From Acetobacteraceae bacterium (GTDB lineage Bacteria > Pseudomonadota > Alphaproteobacteria > Acetobacterales > Acetobacteraceae): a DNA stretch of 64,000 nucleotides. Under the pieces are notes generated by a model, which saw only the letters and a list, made by a program, of their open reading frames with translations, ran no database searches and was not told where the DNA came from. The position numbers and the translations under genes are program-made. This document shows positions 10,964-19,800 of the stretch, piece by piece (position 1 is the first letter of the stretch; each line of letters starts with the position of its first letter). The stretch covers positions 3,238 to 67,237 of the forward strand of contig DATMND010000003.1 of NCBI GenBank assembly GCA_035569235.1, read 5' to 3'.

Positions 10964-11115
10964 CAGCGGCACTCGTACATGTGTGCAAGCGACCTGCGCT
11001 TCCCTAAGCCCATGAGTGCTGCAAAGGACGCGCGCCATCCGGGCCTGCGCCGCATCGCCCGGGCCTTGTCATCTGATGGACACGAGACGCAGGCATCGCG
11101 CACAGGACGACGCCA

Positions 11116-12789
11116 GTGAATTTTGTTGCGACCTCGGATTCCCTGAGGGATCCGACGATCCGACCGCCCCTGCGCTTTATCGCAATCCATGGCGCGGCGG
11201 GGCTGCGGCGATGGCAGGCGGAATGCCTGCGATCGGTTGTGGCGTCCGGCGACGCTACGCTGGTGGCTACGGCTATTGATCGCGTGTCGCAACCGCCCAT
11301 GCGGCACGGCTGGTGGCAGCGCCTGTACGATCGCTTGGTAACGCTGGGCCTCGACGCGCATGATTTCGCGGGTCCTGCCGATGGGGCCCTGGCCGTCCCC
11401 AGCCTGGATATCCGCGACATTCCACCGATGAAGGAGATCGACTTCATCCTGAACTTCGGCTCATCGCGTGCAGTCCCGCCCGCGGTCCAGCCACGCCATG
11501 GCACATGGCGAATCCACTTGGGCGATGCTGCCGAAGGCGAACTCCCGGGATCGCGGGAAGCAGCCGGTCGCGCCCGGATCATCACCGTCGCCGTGGTCCG
11601 GACGACCGGAGCGGATAGCCGCCAGACCGTGCTGCATCATGCAACGATCAAGACCCGCCGATCGCATCGCGCCACTCTGCGAGCGGTGCTGCAGGAGGCG
11701 AGCGTCACATGCCGAGGGGCGTGCAGTCGATTACAAACCCAACAGGCAGCCGCATCCGCGATCATCCAGATCACACCTGGACCTCCCGTCTCCGGACCCT
11801 TGCGGACAATGGCCGGTCAGCTGGTCCGCTCTGTGCGGCGTGCAATCGGGTTGCTGTTGTTCAAGGATATCTGGACGATCGGGGTCCTGCGCACGCCGGT
11901 CGACATGCTCTTGCGCTCGCTCGCCATGCCCATGCCGACCTGGCAACAAAGTCCCCCAAATGGAGAGTGGCACGCCGACCCATTCCCCGTAACAGCGGGA
12001 GACGAAACGTATCTGTTGTTCGAGAAATACGAGCCGACCCAGCGGCGGGGATTGATCGCATGTACGCGGCTGGAGAGTTGGGATGCGCAGAGTGGATGGG
12101 ATGCCGGGACCGCGATCGACCTTGGCTGCCACATGTCGTATCCGGCGGTCTTCACCTATGCCGGGCAAGCCTATTGCGCACCGGAAACCCACGTGTTGGG
12201 TGGGCTTCGGATCTTTCGGATGGAAGCCGATCCGTGGCACTGGACGCAGGTAGCCCATGTCCTTCGCGACATGGCGCTCATCGATTCGACGCTGTTTGAG
12301 CACGGCAACCTGTGGTGGCTGATGGCCACATTGTCCGGCGCAGGTTCGGACACCGATCTGCATGCCTGGTACGCACCGTCTCCGTTCGGTCCGTGGACAC
12401 CCCATGGATTGAATCCGGTCAAATCCGACGTTCGATCATCGCGTCCGGCCGGCAATCTGTTCCGGATTGGTGATCGCCTGTATCGTCCTGCACAGGATTG
12501 CGAACGCGGATACGGTACGGCCGTCGTGATCAATCAGATCATCCATCTCGACCCGAATCGGTTTGTCGAGACCGCGGTCCGACGCTTCGAGGCAGCGCGA
12601 GACTGGAGCTCTTCGGATGGCCTCCACACATTCAACGTATTTGGTGAGTTGGTCGTGATCGATGCCAAGCGGCGCGTGCTTCGCGGCTTCACCTCTGCAC
12701 TCAGAGTACTGGGTGGAATTCACGAACAAATCAGACGCGGCGGCAGCTCCATGAACTCCTTCACCAAGAAAGGTCGCACGCATGCTTGA
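11116..12789 (+). CDS. Uncharacterised two-domain protein: formyltransferase-like N-terminus plus GINT1-like (glucosamine inositolphosphorylceramide transferase family) C-terminal domain
   Basis: 557 aa. The N-terminal third resembles a formyltransferase fold (IDFILNFG...HGTWRIHLGD). The C-terminal part carries WTIGV, ADPFP, HMSYPAVF, RPAGNLF and RPAQDCERGYG, which I associate from memory with the GINT1-type family. The start is GTG, preceded by AGGA. Confidence 0.45.
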   Translation: MNFVATSDSLRDPTIRPPLRFIAIHGAAGLRRWQAECLRSVVASGDATLVATAIDRVSQPPMRHGWWQRLYDRLVTLGLDAHDFAGPADGALAVPSLDIRDIPPMKEIDFILNFGSSRAVPPAVQPRHGTWRIHLGDAAEGELPGSREAAGRARIITVAVVRTTGADSRQTVLHHATIKTRRSHRATLRAVLQEASVTCRGACSRLQTQQAAASAIIQITPGPPVSGPLRTMAGQLVRSVRRAIGLLLFKDIWTIGVLRTPVDMLLRSLAMPMPTWQQSPPNGEWHADPFPVTAGDETYLLFEKYEPTQRRGLIACTRLESWDAQSGWDAGTAIDLGCHMSYPAVFTYAGQAYCAPETHVLGGLRIFRMEADPWHWTQVAHVLRDMALIDSTLFEHGNLWWLMATLSGAGSDTDLHAWYAPSPFGPWTPHGLNPVKSDVRSSRPAGNLFRIGDRLYRPAQDCERGYGTAVVINQIIHLDPNRFVETAVRRFEAARDWSSSDGLHTFNVFGELVVIDAKRRVLRGFTSALRVLGGIHEQIRRGGSSMNSFTKKGRTHA

Positions 12790-13831
12790 GGCTTTTCCGG
12801 CGCATGCCTGGTTGGCGAAGATCGTTAACCATCTCCTGTCATACGACTCATATGTCATACTGATGACGTGGGTGACGGCGCTGCTCGGAGCGATCCTGAC
12901 GTTCGCCATCAGGAATGACCACGGTTATCGGAAGACGTTTGGGAACCTTCTCCGCTTCTGTTTTCCGGCGGAAATCCTACGCAACCGATCCTGCCGGCTG
13001 GATGTCCTGTTCGCGATCACCATCCGCTTCCTGACCCCCCTGCTCATCGCGCCCATTCTGATCACGAGTGCCGCGGTGACGCAGGTGACACATGACGGTC
13101 TCGCCGCATGGTTCGGATCACGTCCTCCCGGTTCCGATTTGATCCTGGTACGTATATTGGCCCTGTGTCTGGTCGTCGTTTTGGCTGACGGCTCCAATTT
13201 CTGCACGCACTACCTCAATCACAAGGTCCGGCTCCTGTGGGAATTCCACAAGGTGCATCATGCGGCACGCTTTCTGATACCGATCACCAACCGGCGAGTC
13301 CACCCCGTCCAGGGCCTGTTCGATGACACGACCCTTTTGCTGCCGGTCGGCATTTGGCTGGGCCTGATATCCTATATGTTTGGAATGCCGATCGAGGATA
13401 ATGTCGTTCTGGGCATGGACGCATTCTTCTTCGCCAACCTTCTGTCTTTCTATCATTTGCGCCACTCTCACATCCCGATGTCTTACGGATGGCTTGAGAA
13501 TATCTTCATGAGTCCGGCCCAGCATCAGTTGCACCACAGTTTCGTGGTGCGCCACTGGGATCGCAATTTTGGCTTGTTTCTGTCTTGCTGGGACAAGATG
13601 GCCGGCACTTTCGTGGCGTCGGAGCCTCCTGGAGCGCTCCGTCTCGGGCTGCCGGCCGAATACGAGAGCGGCTATGACACGCTTGCGAAACTGTATGTGA
13701 CCCCGCTCGTCAACGTTGTCCGCATGGTGGGGCGGTCGCTCCGGGCGCGGCCAAGTCGTGGCCACGCCATCCTGCCAACCCAGGCTGTGAACGCGGACCT
13801 GGGGGCTGGGCAAATGGGGAAATCCGGCTGA
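12782..13831 (+). CDS. Fatty acid hydroxylase / sterol desaturase superfamily membrane protein
   Basis: Histidine boxes HYLNH, HKVHH and HQLHH, with several TM helices. It overlaps the upstream ORF by 8 nt, suggesting translational coupling. Confidence 0.8.
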   Translation: MLEAFPAHAWLAKIVNHLLSYDSYVILMTWVTALLGAILTFAIRNDHGYRKTFGNLLRFCFPAEILRNRSCRLDVLFAITIRFLTPLLIAPILITSAAVTQVTHDGLAAWFGSRPPGSDLILVRILALCLVVVLADGSNFCTHYLNHKVRLLWEFHKVHHAARFLIPITNRRVHPVQGLFDDTTLLLPVGIWLGLISYMFGMPIEDNVVLGMDAFFFANLLSFYHLRHSHIPMSYGWLENIFMSPAQHQLHHSFVVRHWDRNFGLFLSCWDKMAGTFVASEPPGALRLGLPAEYESGYDTLAKLYVTPLVNVVRMVGRSLRARPSRGHAILPTQAVNADLGAGQMGKSG

Positions 13832-14172
13832 GGCGAGACGATTTAACCGCGCCGCATAGCGGGAGCGGTCCTGCGACAGACGCTCTGCCTGCATCAGGAC
13901 CCGCGGCATTGCCTCAATAACACTGATCATCTAAAAATATACACAGAATCGGGGCCGTCAGCCACGGGAATAGTGTGACTTTCGGCCCCTCTGTGCCTAA
14001 TAGATTGGTCAGTCGCAAATACTACCGCCCCTCAGCCTAGCCGACCCCTATGAAGATCCGATCGTTTGCACTCAATGGTAGTGCTTCCTCGACGCATGCC
14101 ATGCCGATTGGATGCGATGACCGACAACCTGCATTGGTGGCCGCTGGGCGCTGATCGCGCCTCCGTCAGTTC

Positions 14173-14201
14173 TTGACTTGAAAGTAAACATTGCGTGATA
14201 T
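14173..14201 (+). promoter_or_regulatory. Candidate sigma70-type promoter for the secreted hydrolase gene
   Basis: TTGACT (14173-14178), a 17-nt spacer, then TGATAT (14196-14201), within a lower-GC intergenic region. Confidence 0.35.
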
Positions 14202-14215
14202 ATAGGATACTTCCA

Positions 14216-14229
14216 TCACATTGATGTGA
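14216..14229. promoter_or_regulatory. Perfect palindrome TCACAT-N2-ATGTGA just upstream of the start codon (candidate operator)
   Basis: tcacattgatgtga lies 10 nt before the ATG at 14239, downstream of the candidate promoter. Confidence 0.3.
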
Positions 14230-14238
14230 GTACGTCCT

Positions 14239-17001
14239 ATGAGCACAAATTCAGCTTTGGCCTCGCACACTCAACTCGGGGCCTATATCGGCATTCCAGG
14301 GGATCCGGCAGCGCAGGCGCAATACAACAGCTTCGTGGCCTACATGGGCCAGGCACCGACCCTGTTCGACTGCTATGTCGATCAATCCATTCCTGAATCA
14401 CAGTGGATATCGAATGCACAATGGGCTGCCGATACCATGGCCGGGGCATCCTGGTCGGCTGGCGGCACGCCGGTCGTGGGTATCCCGATGGCCGCCCCCG
14501 GAGAAAATCCCGATTCGTCGTTCAGGGCGATCAGCAGCGGCAGCGAGGATGCAATCTTCAACGGCATGTTCCAGGCATTTGCCGGTGACGGGTTCTCCAC
14601 GTTCTACATCAGGCCCGGCTGGGAGATGAATGGCGGCTGGGAGAATTGGTCCGTTACACCTTCAAACGTCGCGGACTTCAATGCCGCATTTCAGCACATC
14701 GCCAATCTGGCGCACAGCTTTAGCGGCGCGTCGATCCAAGTCGTCTGGAACCCGAATGTCGGTTCCATTCCGACATCGCTCGCCAATTTCTATCCGGGAA
14801 ATTCGGCCGTCGACGTTATCGGCCTGGATACCTACGGTGCGCCGGTCGATAGTGGCGACCCGCCGGGCAACACGTCCACGGACCCGAGCCAGCTGACACT
14901 GCTGGATACGCTGGCATTGGCAAAGGCCAACGGCAAGCCGTTCGCGCTTCCGGAAACAGGCGGCATCGATCCGACTTTCAGCCAAGCGCTCGCCAGCACG
15001 ATCGCCCAGTCGGGCGCGCAGGTGGCCTTCGTGAATCTCTGGGATATCAGTGATGAATCGGGCAGTCTGAGCTGGACCAATTCCGGAGACAATCAGGCCG
15101 CAGGCGCCGCGTGGAAGCAGGCGTTTCAGACAATCGCCGGTAGCAGCCAGGCTGCGCCGCCGCCCGTCACGACCCCGCCGGTCACCACTCCGCCCGCCGC
15201 TCCGAGCCCGGACGGAACGAAGATCACCACCGCCGCGGCGGGTCCGATCATCGACAAGGCCGGCAATGCGTGGAAGCTCGTCCAGTCAACATCGAACGGC
15301 CTGCAGATTGCCGTCAACGGCACCGTCGATACGAGCACCTCGAACGTCGTCCTGCTGGAGACACTCGGCAGCAACATCGTCCAGGAGAACACCGCCGGCG
15401 ACTGGTATTCGGAACCTGGCCCCGGTGGTGCGTGGACCCAGGTCACCGCACCCGTAACCACCCCGCCGGTCACCACCCCACCGGTCACCACCCCGCCCGC
15501 CACTCCGAGCCCGGATGGAACGAAGATCACCACCGCCGCGGCGGGCCCGATCATCGATAAGGCCGGCAATACGTGGAAGCTCGTCCAGTCAACATCGAAC
15601 GGCCTGCAGATTGCCGTCAACGGCACCGTCGATACGAGCACCTCGAACGTCGTCCTGCTGGAGACACTCGGCGGCAACATCGTCCAGGAGAACACCGCCG
15701 GCAATTGGTATTCAGAACCTGGCCCGGGTGGTGCCTGGACCCAGGTCACCGCACCCGTAACCACCCCGCCGCCCCCGGTGACGAACCCGGCCGCTGTCAC
15801 CACCGGAACCGGCTCCGACACGCTGGTGCTCTCGATCTCAGAGGACGCCTACCAGGGCAACGCGCAGTTCACCGTCTCGGTTGACGGCAAGCAGCTCGCC
15901 GGCACGTTCGCCACCACAGCTTCGCACGCATCCGGCGCCACTCAGAGCTTCACCTTCAAGGGCGACTGGGCGGCCGGCGCGCATGCCGTCGCGGTGAACT
16001 TCCTCAACGACGCCAATGGCGGAACCGCCGCCACCGACCGCAACCTCTATGTCAACGCCATCACCTACGACGGCAAGGCCACAGGCCTGAGCGCGGAGCT
16101 CGCCGCCACGGGCGCCAAGAGCTTCAGCGTGACCGATGCCACGGCGATCCCGGCCGCGGCCATCGGCAGCGGGTCGGATACGTTGGTGCTCAACGTCTCG
16201 GAGGATGCCTACCAGGGCAACGCACAGTTCACCGTCTCGGTTGACGGCAAGCAACTCGGCGGCACGTTCACCGCCACGGCGCTGAACTCCGCGGCCGCCA
16301 GCCAGAACTTCACCTTCAAGGGCGACTTCGGAACCGGCGCGCACGCGGTCGCAGTGAACTTCCTCAACGATGCGTGGGGAGGAACAGCAGCCACCGATCG
16401 CAACCTCTATGTGAACGGCATCACCTACAACGGGGCAGCGACCGGCCAGAGCGCGGTACTTGGTGTCACGGGTCCGCAAAACTTCTCGGTCACCGGCGGC
16501 ACGACGCCCTCGGTCAGCGAGACGGGCGATCACGGGTCGCTGGCGAAGACCCTCTCGCAGACCGGCAGCTACACGGTCGGCGGCGACACCTTCGTGCTCA
16601 CCGCCGGCAATGCCGCCGCCGTGACGCTCGGCACCGGGACCAGCCAGATCAAGTTCATCGGCGCCAGCTCTGCCACGCTGACCGGCGGTTCCGGCCAGGC
16701 CACCGTCACCGCCGATGCAGGCAGCAACAAGTTCGTCGCCGGCACCGGCACACTCGACGTGACCGGCGGCGGCGGCAAGGACGCCTATGTGTTCCACGCC
16801 AACGGCGGTCTTCTCAAGCTCGAGGACTTCTCGATCGCCAAGGGCGATACGCTGACCGTGGACAAGGCGCTGCAAGGCGCGATGCAGCAGACATCCGATG
16901 GCCAGGGCGGCACGATGCTTACCTTCGGCGCAGGCGCCAGCCATGGCGTGGACATCCACGGCCTGGCGGTCATGCCGACAACCAGCGTGCTGTGGGCATA
17001 G
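14239..17001 (+). CDS. Large modular polysaccharide hydrolase, probably secreted without a signal peptide (type I secretion-like)
   Basis: 920 aa with no N-terminal signal peptide. Domain order: a GH26-like catalytic domain (RPGWEMNGGWENW, AVDVIGLDTYG, FALPETGG), VTTPP linkers, two near-identical ~96-aa modules, two CBM-like modules (GSDTLVL.SEDAYQGNAQFTVSVDGKQL...NFLNDA.GGTAATDRNLYVN), and a Gly-rich RTX-like C-terminus (GGGGKDAYVF). Confidence 0.75.
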   Translation: MSTNSALASHTQLGAYIGIPGDPAAQAQYNSFVAYMGQAPTLFDCYVDQSIPESQWISNAQWAADTMAGASWSAGGTPVVGIPMAAPGENPDSSFRAISSGSEDAIFNGMFQAFAGDGFSTFYIRPGWEMNGGWENWSVTPSNVADFNAAFQHIANLAHSFSGASIQVVWNPNVGSIPTSLANFYPGNSAVDVIGLDTYGAPVDSGDPPGNTSTDPSQLTLLDTLALAKANGKPFALPETGGIDPTFSQALASTIAQSGAQVAFVNLWDISDESGSLSWTNSGDNQAAGAAWKQAFQTIAGSSQAAPPPVTTPPVTTPPAAPSPDGTKITTAAAGPIIDKAGNAWKLVQSTSNGLQIAVNGTVDTSTSNVVLLETLGSNIVQENTAGDWYSEPGPGGAWTQVTAPVTTPPVTTPPVTTPPATPSPDGTKITTAAAGPIIDKAGNTWKLVQSTSNGLQIAVNGTVDTSTSNVVLLETLGGNIVQENTAGNWYSEPGPGGAWTQVTAPVTTPPPPVTNPAAVTTGTGSDTLVLSISEDAYQGNAQFTVSVDGKQLAGTFATTASHASGATQSFTFKGDWAAGAHAVAVNFLNDANGGTAATDRNLYVNAITYDGKATGLSAELAATGAKSFSVTDATAIPAAAIGSGSDTLVLNVSEDAYQGNAQFTVSVDGKQLGGTFTATALNSAAASQNFTFKGDFGTGAHAVAVNFLNDAWGGTAATDRNLYVNGITYNGAATGQSAVLGVTGPQNFSVTGGTTPSVSETGDHGSLAKTLSQTGSYTVGGDTFVLTAGNAAAVTLGTGTSQIKFIGASSATLTGGSGQATVTADAGSNKFVAGTGTLDVTGGGGKDAYVFHANGGLLKLEDFSIAKGDTLTVDKALQGAMQQTSDGQGGTMLTFGAGASHGVDIHGLAVMPTTSVLWA
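15166..15756 (+). repeat. In-frame tandem duplication (288 nt + 303 nt) inside the hydrolase gene
   Basis: The units 15166-15453 and 15454-15756 encode modules that differ by 4 substitutions and one extra VTTPP pentapeptide. Confidence 0.95.
15811..16500 (+). repeat. Older in-frame duplication (period 360 nt) encoding two CBM-like modules
   Basis: The modules start at 15811 (GSDTLVLSISEDAYQGNAQF) and 16171 (GSDTLVLNVSEDAYQGNAQF). They are clearly homologous but diverged. Confidence 0.85.
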
Positions 17002-17050
17002 CACGCGCCTGACCACCCCCCTGGTACAGTCGCCGTGCCAGGGGTGATGG

Positions 17051-17090
17051 AACAGAGCATGCGGAGTACGCGTTGCATGCTCTGTTTCGT
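17051..17090 (+). terminator. Rho-independent terminator after the hydrolase gene
   Basis: 12-bp stem aacagagcatgc / gcatgctctgtt with a 12-nt loop, followed by tcgttg. It lies 50 nt after the stop codon. Confidence 0.6.
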
Positions 17091-17666
17091 TGTCGGCGTA
17101 CATCGGCACACTCCTCGTCCGGCCACAGTCAGATGGGCGCGCGTCCACTGGCCGAGATCATTATGACCTGGGGCTAACCTTTCGCTGTGGGCCATCGGTC
17201 CGGTGAGGCTGGCTTGGTAGCCTGTATGGCCGCACACGGTGTGGAGGTCCGCCTCCCTGTTGCCGACCGGATCGCGCCCGCCGGTCTCGGAAGTCGGCAT
17301 GCATAACGTTCCGGCTCTCTCATGCGTTCGTGTCTGGTTGATAGACTGTTGTTGGTTGCACCCTCCTCCATGCATGGTAAATTGGACTTCGCAATAAGTG
17401 GCAGCACATCCCGTAGCCAGGCCGTAGTTTGCGCCACGGAAGTCAGATATGAACGATCAATCAGCCAGGGCAGTGAGTGGAGCGACTTAATGGCAACCAG
17501 GGCGCCCAGGTTATTGCATTATCGACACCTCGTGGCGGACGCGGTCTGTCTGCTCCGTACCGCCGTAATCAGAGGTGACCAACGCGATCCATTCCTGGCC
17601 ACACTTGTATTGGCGTCATCCTGACAACGATGTTGAAGAACGTGAACAGCGGGATCGTAATTCGGA

Positions 17667-18983
17667 ATGCATTATGAGAATACAGCGGTCACTCTAAAGA
17701 CCAGCACACGACCACCACCCGACATCGGTCCTGCCGACGTGGACCCCGAGCAGACTGCGGTGCGCATTCTAGCGATCTGGACGCGTGAACTGGATGCCAC
17801 TGAGCATTTCGGCAGAGTAAATATTGCGCGTCAAGTGCGCGCCTCTCTCCAGGACATTGGCCTCGTAACAAACCGTCGTTTGATCAATGTATTCGAGGAG
17901 CCGACACCGAACTGGTCGCTCCTATGGTCCGCTGCGGCGTTGCTCGCCGGTCTGCTGTCTGGCCGCCCGCTGCCATTGCAATGCGCCTTATTTGCCGCCG
18001 CCGCCCGCAGGCCCGCACTATTGGAAGATGGCCTGGACGCAGATGTCGTTTATCTCGATGGCATTCGCACGCTTCTGTTGATGCGCCGCCTGTTGCGGGT
18101 GGCGCCACGGCTGCGCATGGTCGTCGATCTCGATGACCTGATGTCGCGCCGATACGAGCAATTGAGTCGCCTCGGCCTGCCATTTTCCTTAGGTTATCTG
18201 GAACGCGTACTGCCGCGTTCGTTATCGCGCCTGGCGGTGGCAAAGGGTATCGCCCGTGTGGTCTTGTGGTACGAACGCCTCGCTCTGCGCAATGCGGAGC
18301 GAGAAGTCCTGCAAATTGCCGACGCGGTTGTATTGCTCAATCGCTCGGAAGCCGCGACGTTGCGGGAAGTCGCGTCCAAAATGCGTGACTCGCGGCAGGC
18401 AACGGTTGTCGCCATACCACCAATGGCGAAATCTGTCAGCCGTGCCGTTCAATCCACGATGGTACGTGTGCCCAACGGCTGGCGTGCCATCTTTGTGGGC
18501 AGCGACGTATTGGTGCAAAATCACCTGACGATTGCCTACCTGCTTGATCTCTGGGTAACCGCCAGGATCGACACAAAACTGCACATATTTGGTCGGCAGA
18601 AGCGACGTTGGCCGGACACCCCAAATGTCGCATTCCATGGCTACGTCGCGGACATCGAGGAAGCGTATTCGCCCGGAAGCATTCTGGTCTACCCGTGCCT
18701 CGTGCCAGGCGGGATCAAGACAAAGGTCCTGGAGGCATTTGCTCATGGCGTCCCAGTGATCGGTAACGCGCTGACGTTCGAGGGTATCCTACCAAGGGAC
18801 TATCCTCTCGTCATCGACGACCAGGCGGAATTAGTCGCCGCCCTGAAAGACCCGAACTCCCGCGTTGAGGACCTGGAGCGAGCGACACACATTGGATCTT
18901 CGTATGTCGCACAGGAACATACGGCGCAGGCGTTCGAACGCTCCTGGCGCCAAGTGATCCTCGGGGCTGCGGGCGAACGATAG
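17667..18983 (+). CDS. Glycosyltransferase (GT4-like C-terminal domain)
   Basis: 438 aa with C-terminal PGGIKTKVLEAFAHGVPVIGNALTFEG, typical of GT-B sugar-nucleotide binding domains. Confidence 0.7.
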   Translation: MHYENTAVTLKTSTRPPPDIGPADVDPEQTAVRILAIWTRELDATEHFGRVNIARQVRASLQDIGLVTNRRLINVFEEPTPNWSLLWSAAALLAGLLSGRPLPLQCALFAAAARRPALLEDGLDADVVYLDGIRTLLLMRRLLRVAPRLRMVVDLDDLMSRRYEQLSRLGLPFSLGYLERVLPRSLSRLAVAKGIARVVLWYERLALRNAEREVLQIADAVVLLNRSEAATLREVASKMRDSRQATVVAIPPMAKSVSRAVQSTMVRVPNGWRAIFVGSDVLVQNHLTIAYLLDLWVTARIDTKLHIFGRQKRRWPDTPNVAFHGYVADIEEAYSPGSILVYPCLVPGGIKTKVLEAFAHGVPVIGNALTFEGILPRDYPLVIDDQAELVAALKDPNSRVEDLERATHIGSSYVAQEHTAQAFERSWRQVILGAAGER

Positions 18984-19076
18984 CCTATCGAGTGTGTCGG
19001 CCTTGACGTAAGTGGGGCTCCACCACCTTTCAGAATTTCACGCTGACTCGTTACAGCCCAGGTAGCCCAGGAATGA

Positions 19077-19196
19077 TCAGCCCAACCTGAGCTCGGCGAT
19101 CAGACGCACGGGATCACTGGTCAGTGTCTGGTGGATATCCCCGCGCTGTTTCCTGGCGGTCGAGAGGATGGACCGCACGACGGCACAATCCTTCGC
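19077..19196 (-). mobile_element. Transposase C-terminal remnant (IS66-family-like)
   Basis: AKDCAVVRSILSTARKQRGDIHQTLTSDPVRLIAELRLG* resembles the C-terminal tail of IS66-family transposases. There is no intact upstream ORF. Confidence 0.4.
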
Positions 19197-19200
19197 ACCG

Positions 19201-19582
19201 TCATCTGAACGAAAGCCGCTGGAGATCTCGCTCGTTGTCCGCCTCGGCACGAACCAGCTCCGCGGCCACCAGCGCGCCGAACGGCGCGGTCGGCAGGTTT
19301 GCAACCGCCGCGGCGTAGCCCTGAACCAGACGGCGATAGCTGTCCCAGGCGAGACGCGGGTTGCCGGTCAGGCGGATCAGGCCCTGGACCGTCTCCGCGT
19401 TCAGGCCGACATTCAGCACCGTCTCGAGCATCCCGGGCATCGACGCGGCGGTGCACGAAGGCCGCGGGCACCGGGAGGCCGGCGCGCGCCATCAGCATGA
19501 GGTTCCAGGCCTTGTTGCCGACCTCGTGTGCGCCGCCACCCGCGGGGACTGCGCCGGGCAGGATCGGATAGAACTCAGCCAT
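19201..19582 (-). pseudogene. PEP-utilising enzyme / pyruvate phosphate dikinase-like N-terminal fragment (frameshifted, internally deleted, truncated)
   Basis: The similarity is split over two frames: MAEFYPILPG..GNKAWNLMLMARAGLPVPAAFV, then MPGMLETVLNVGLNAETV..NPRLAWDSYRRLVQ. These match the PPDK N-terminal motifs GLPVPPGF and MPGMMDTVLNLGLN. About 55 aa between the motifs and the rest of the protein are missing. Confidence 0.6.
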
Positions 19583-19584
19583 CG

Positions 19585-19800
19585 ATGACGTCCTCGAGCA
19601 CGTGGTCGCGCAGCAGCAAGCTGGCGCGCTTCAACGCGTCCACCGCCGCCTCGAACTTGTCGCCGGTCGCGGTGAACAGATGCAGTTTGCGAAAATCCTT
19701 AGCATGCTGGACCGCGGCGATATCCAACGCCCGCCACGCATCGTCGGCCTGATGCTCGATGACGGCGATGCGATCGATCGCGGTCAGGAAGTCCTCCGTT
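19585..19800 (-). pseudogene. DUF47/PhoU-like C-terminal fragment
   Basis: Open frame without a start codon: ..IDRIAVIEHQADDAWRALDIAAVQHAKDFRKLHLFTATGDKFEAAVDALKRASLLLRDHVLEDVIDG*. Its stop overlaps the ATG of the PPDK-like fragment (ATGGCTGA). Confidence 0.3.

Noticed and set aside
15126-15821. 231-aa antisense ORF with an internal repeat, opposite the glycanase gene
   Set aside because: Its repeat structure simply mirrors the sense-strand tandem duplication. The sense frame has the coherent domain architecture.
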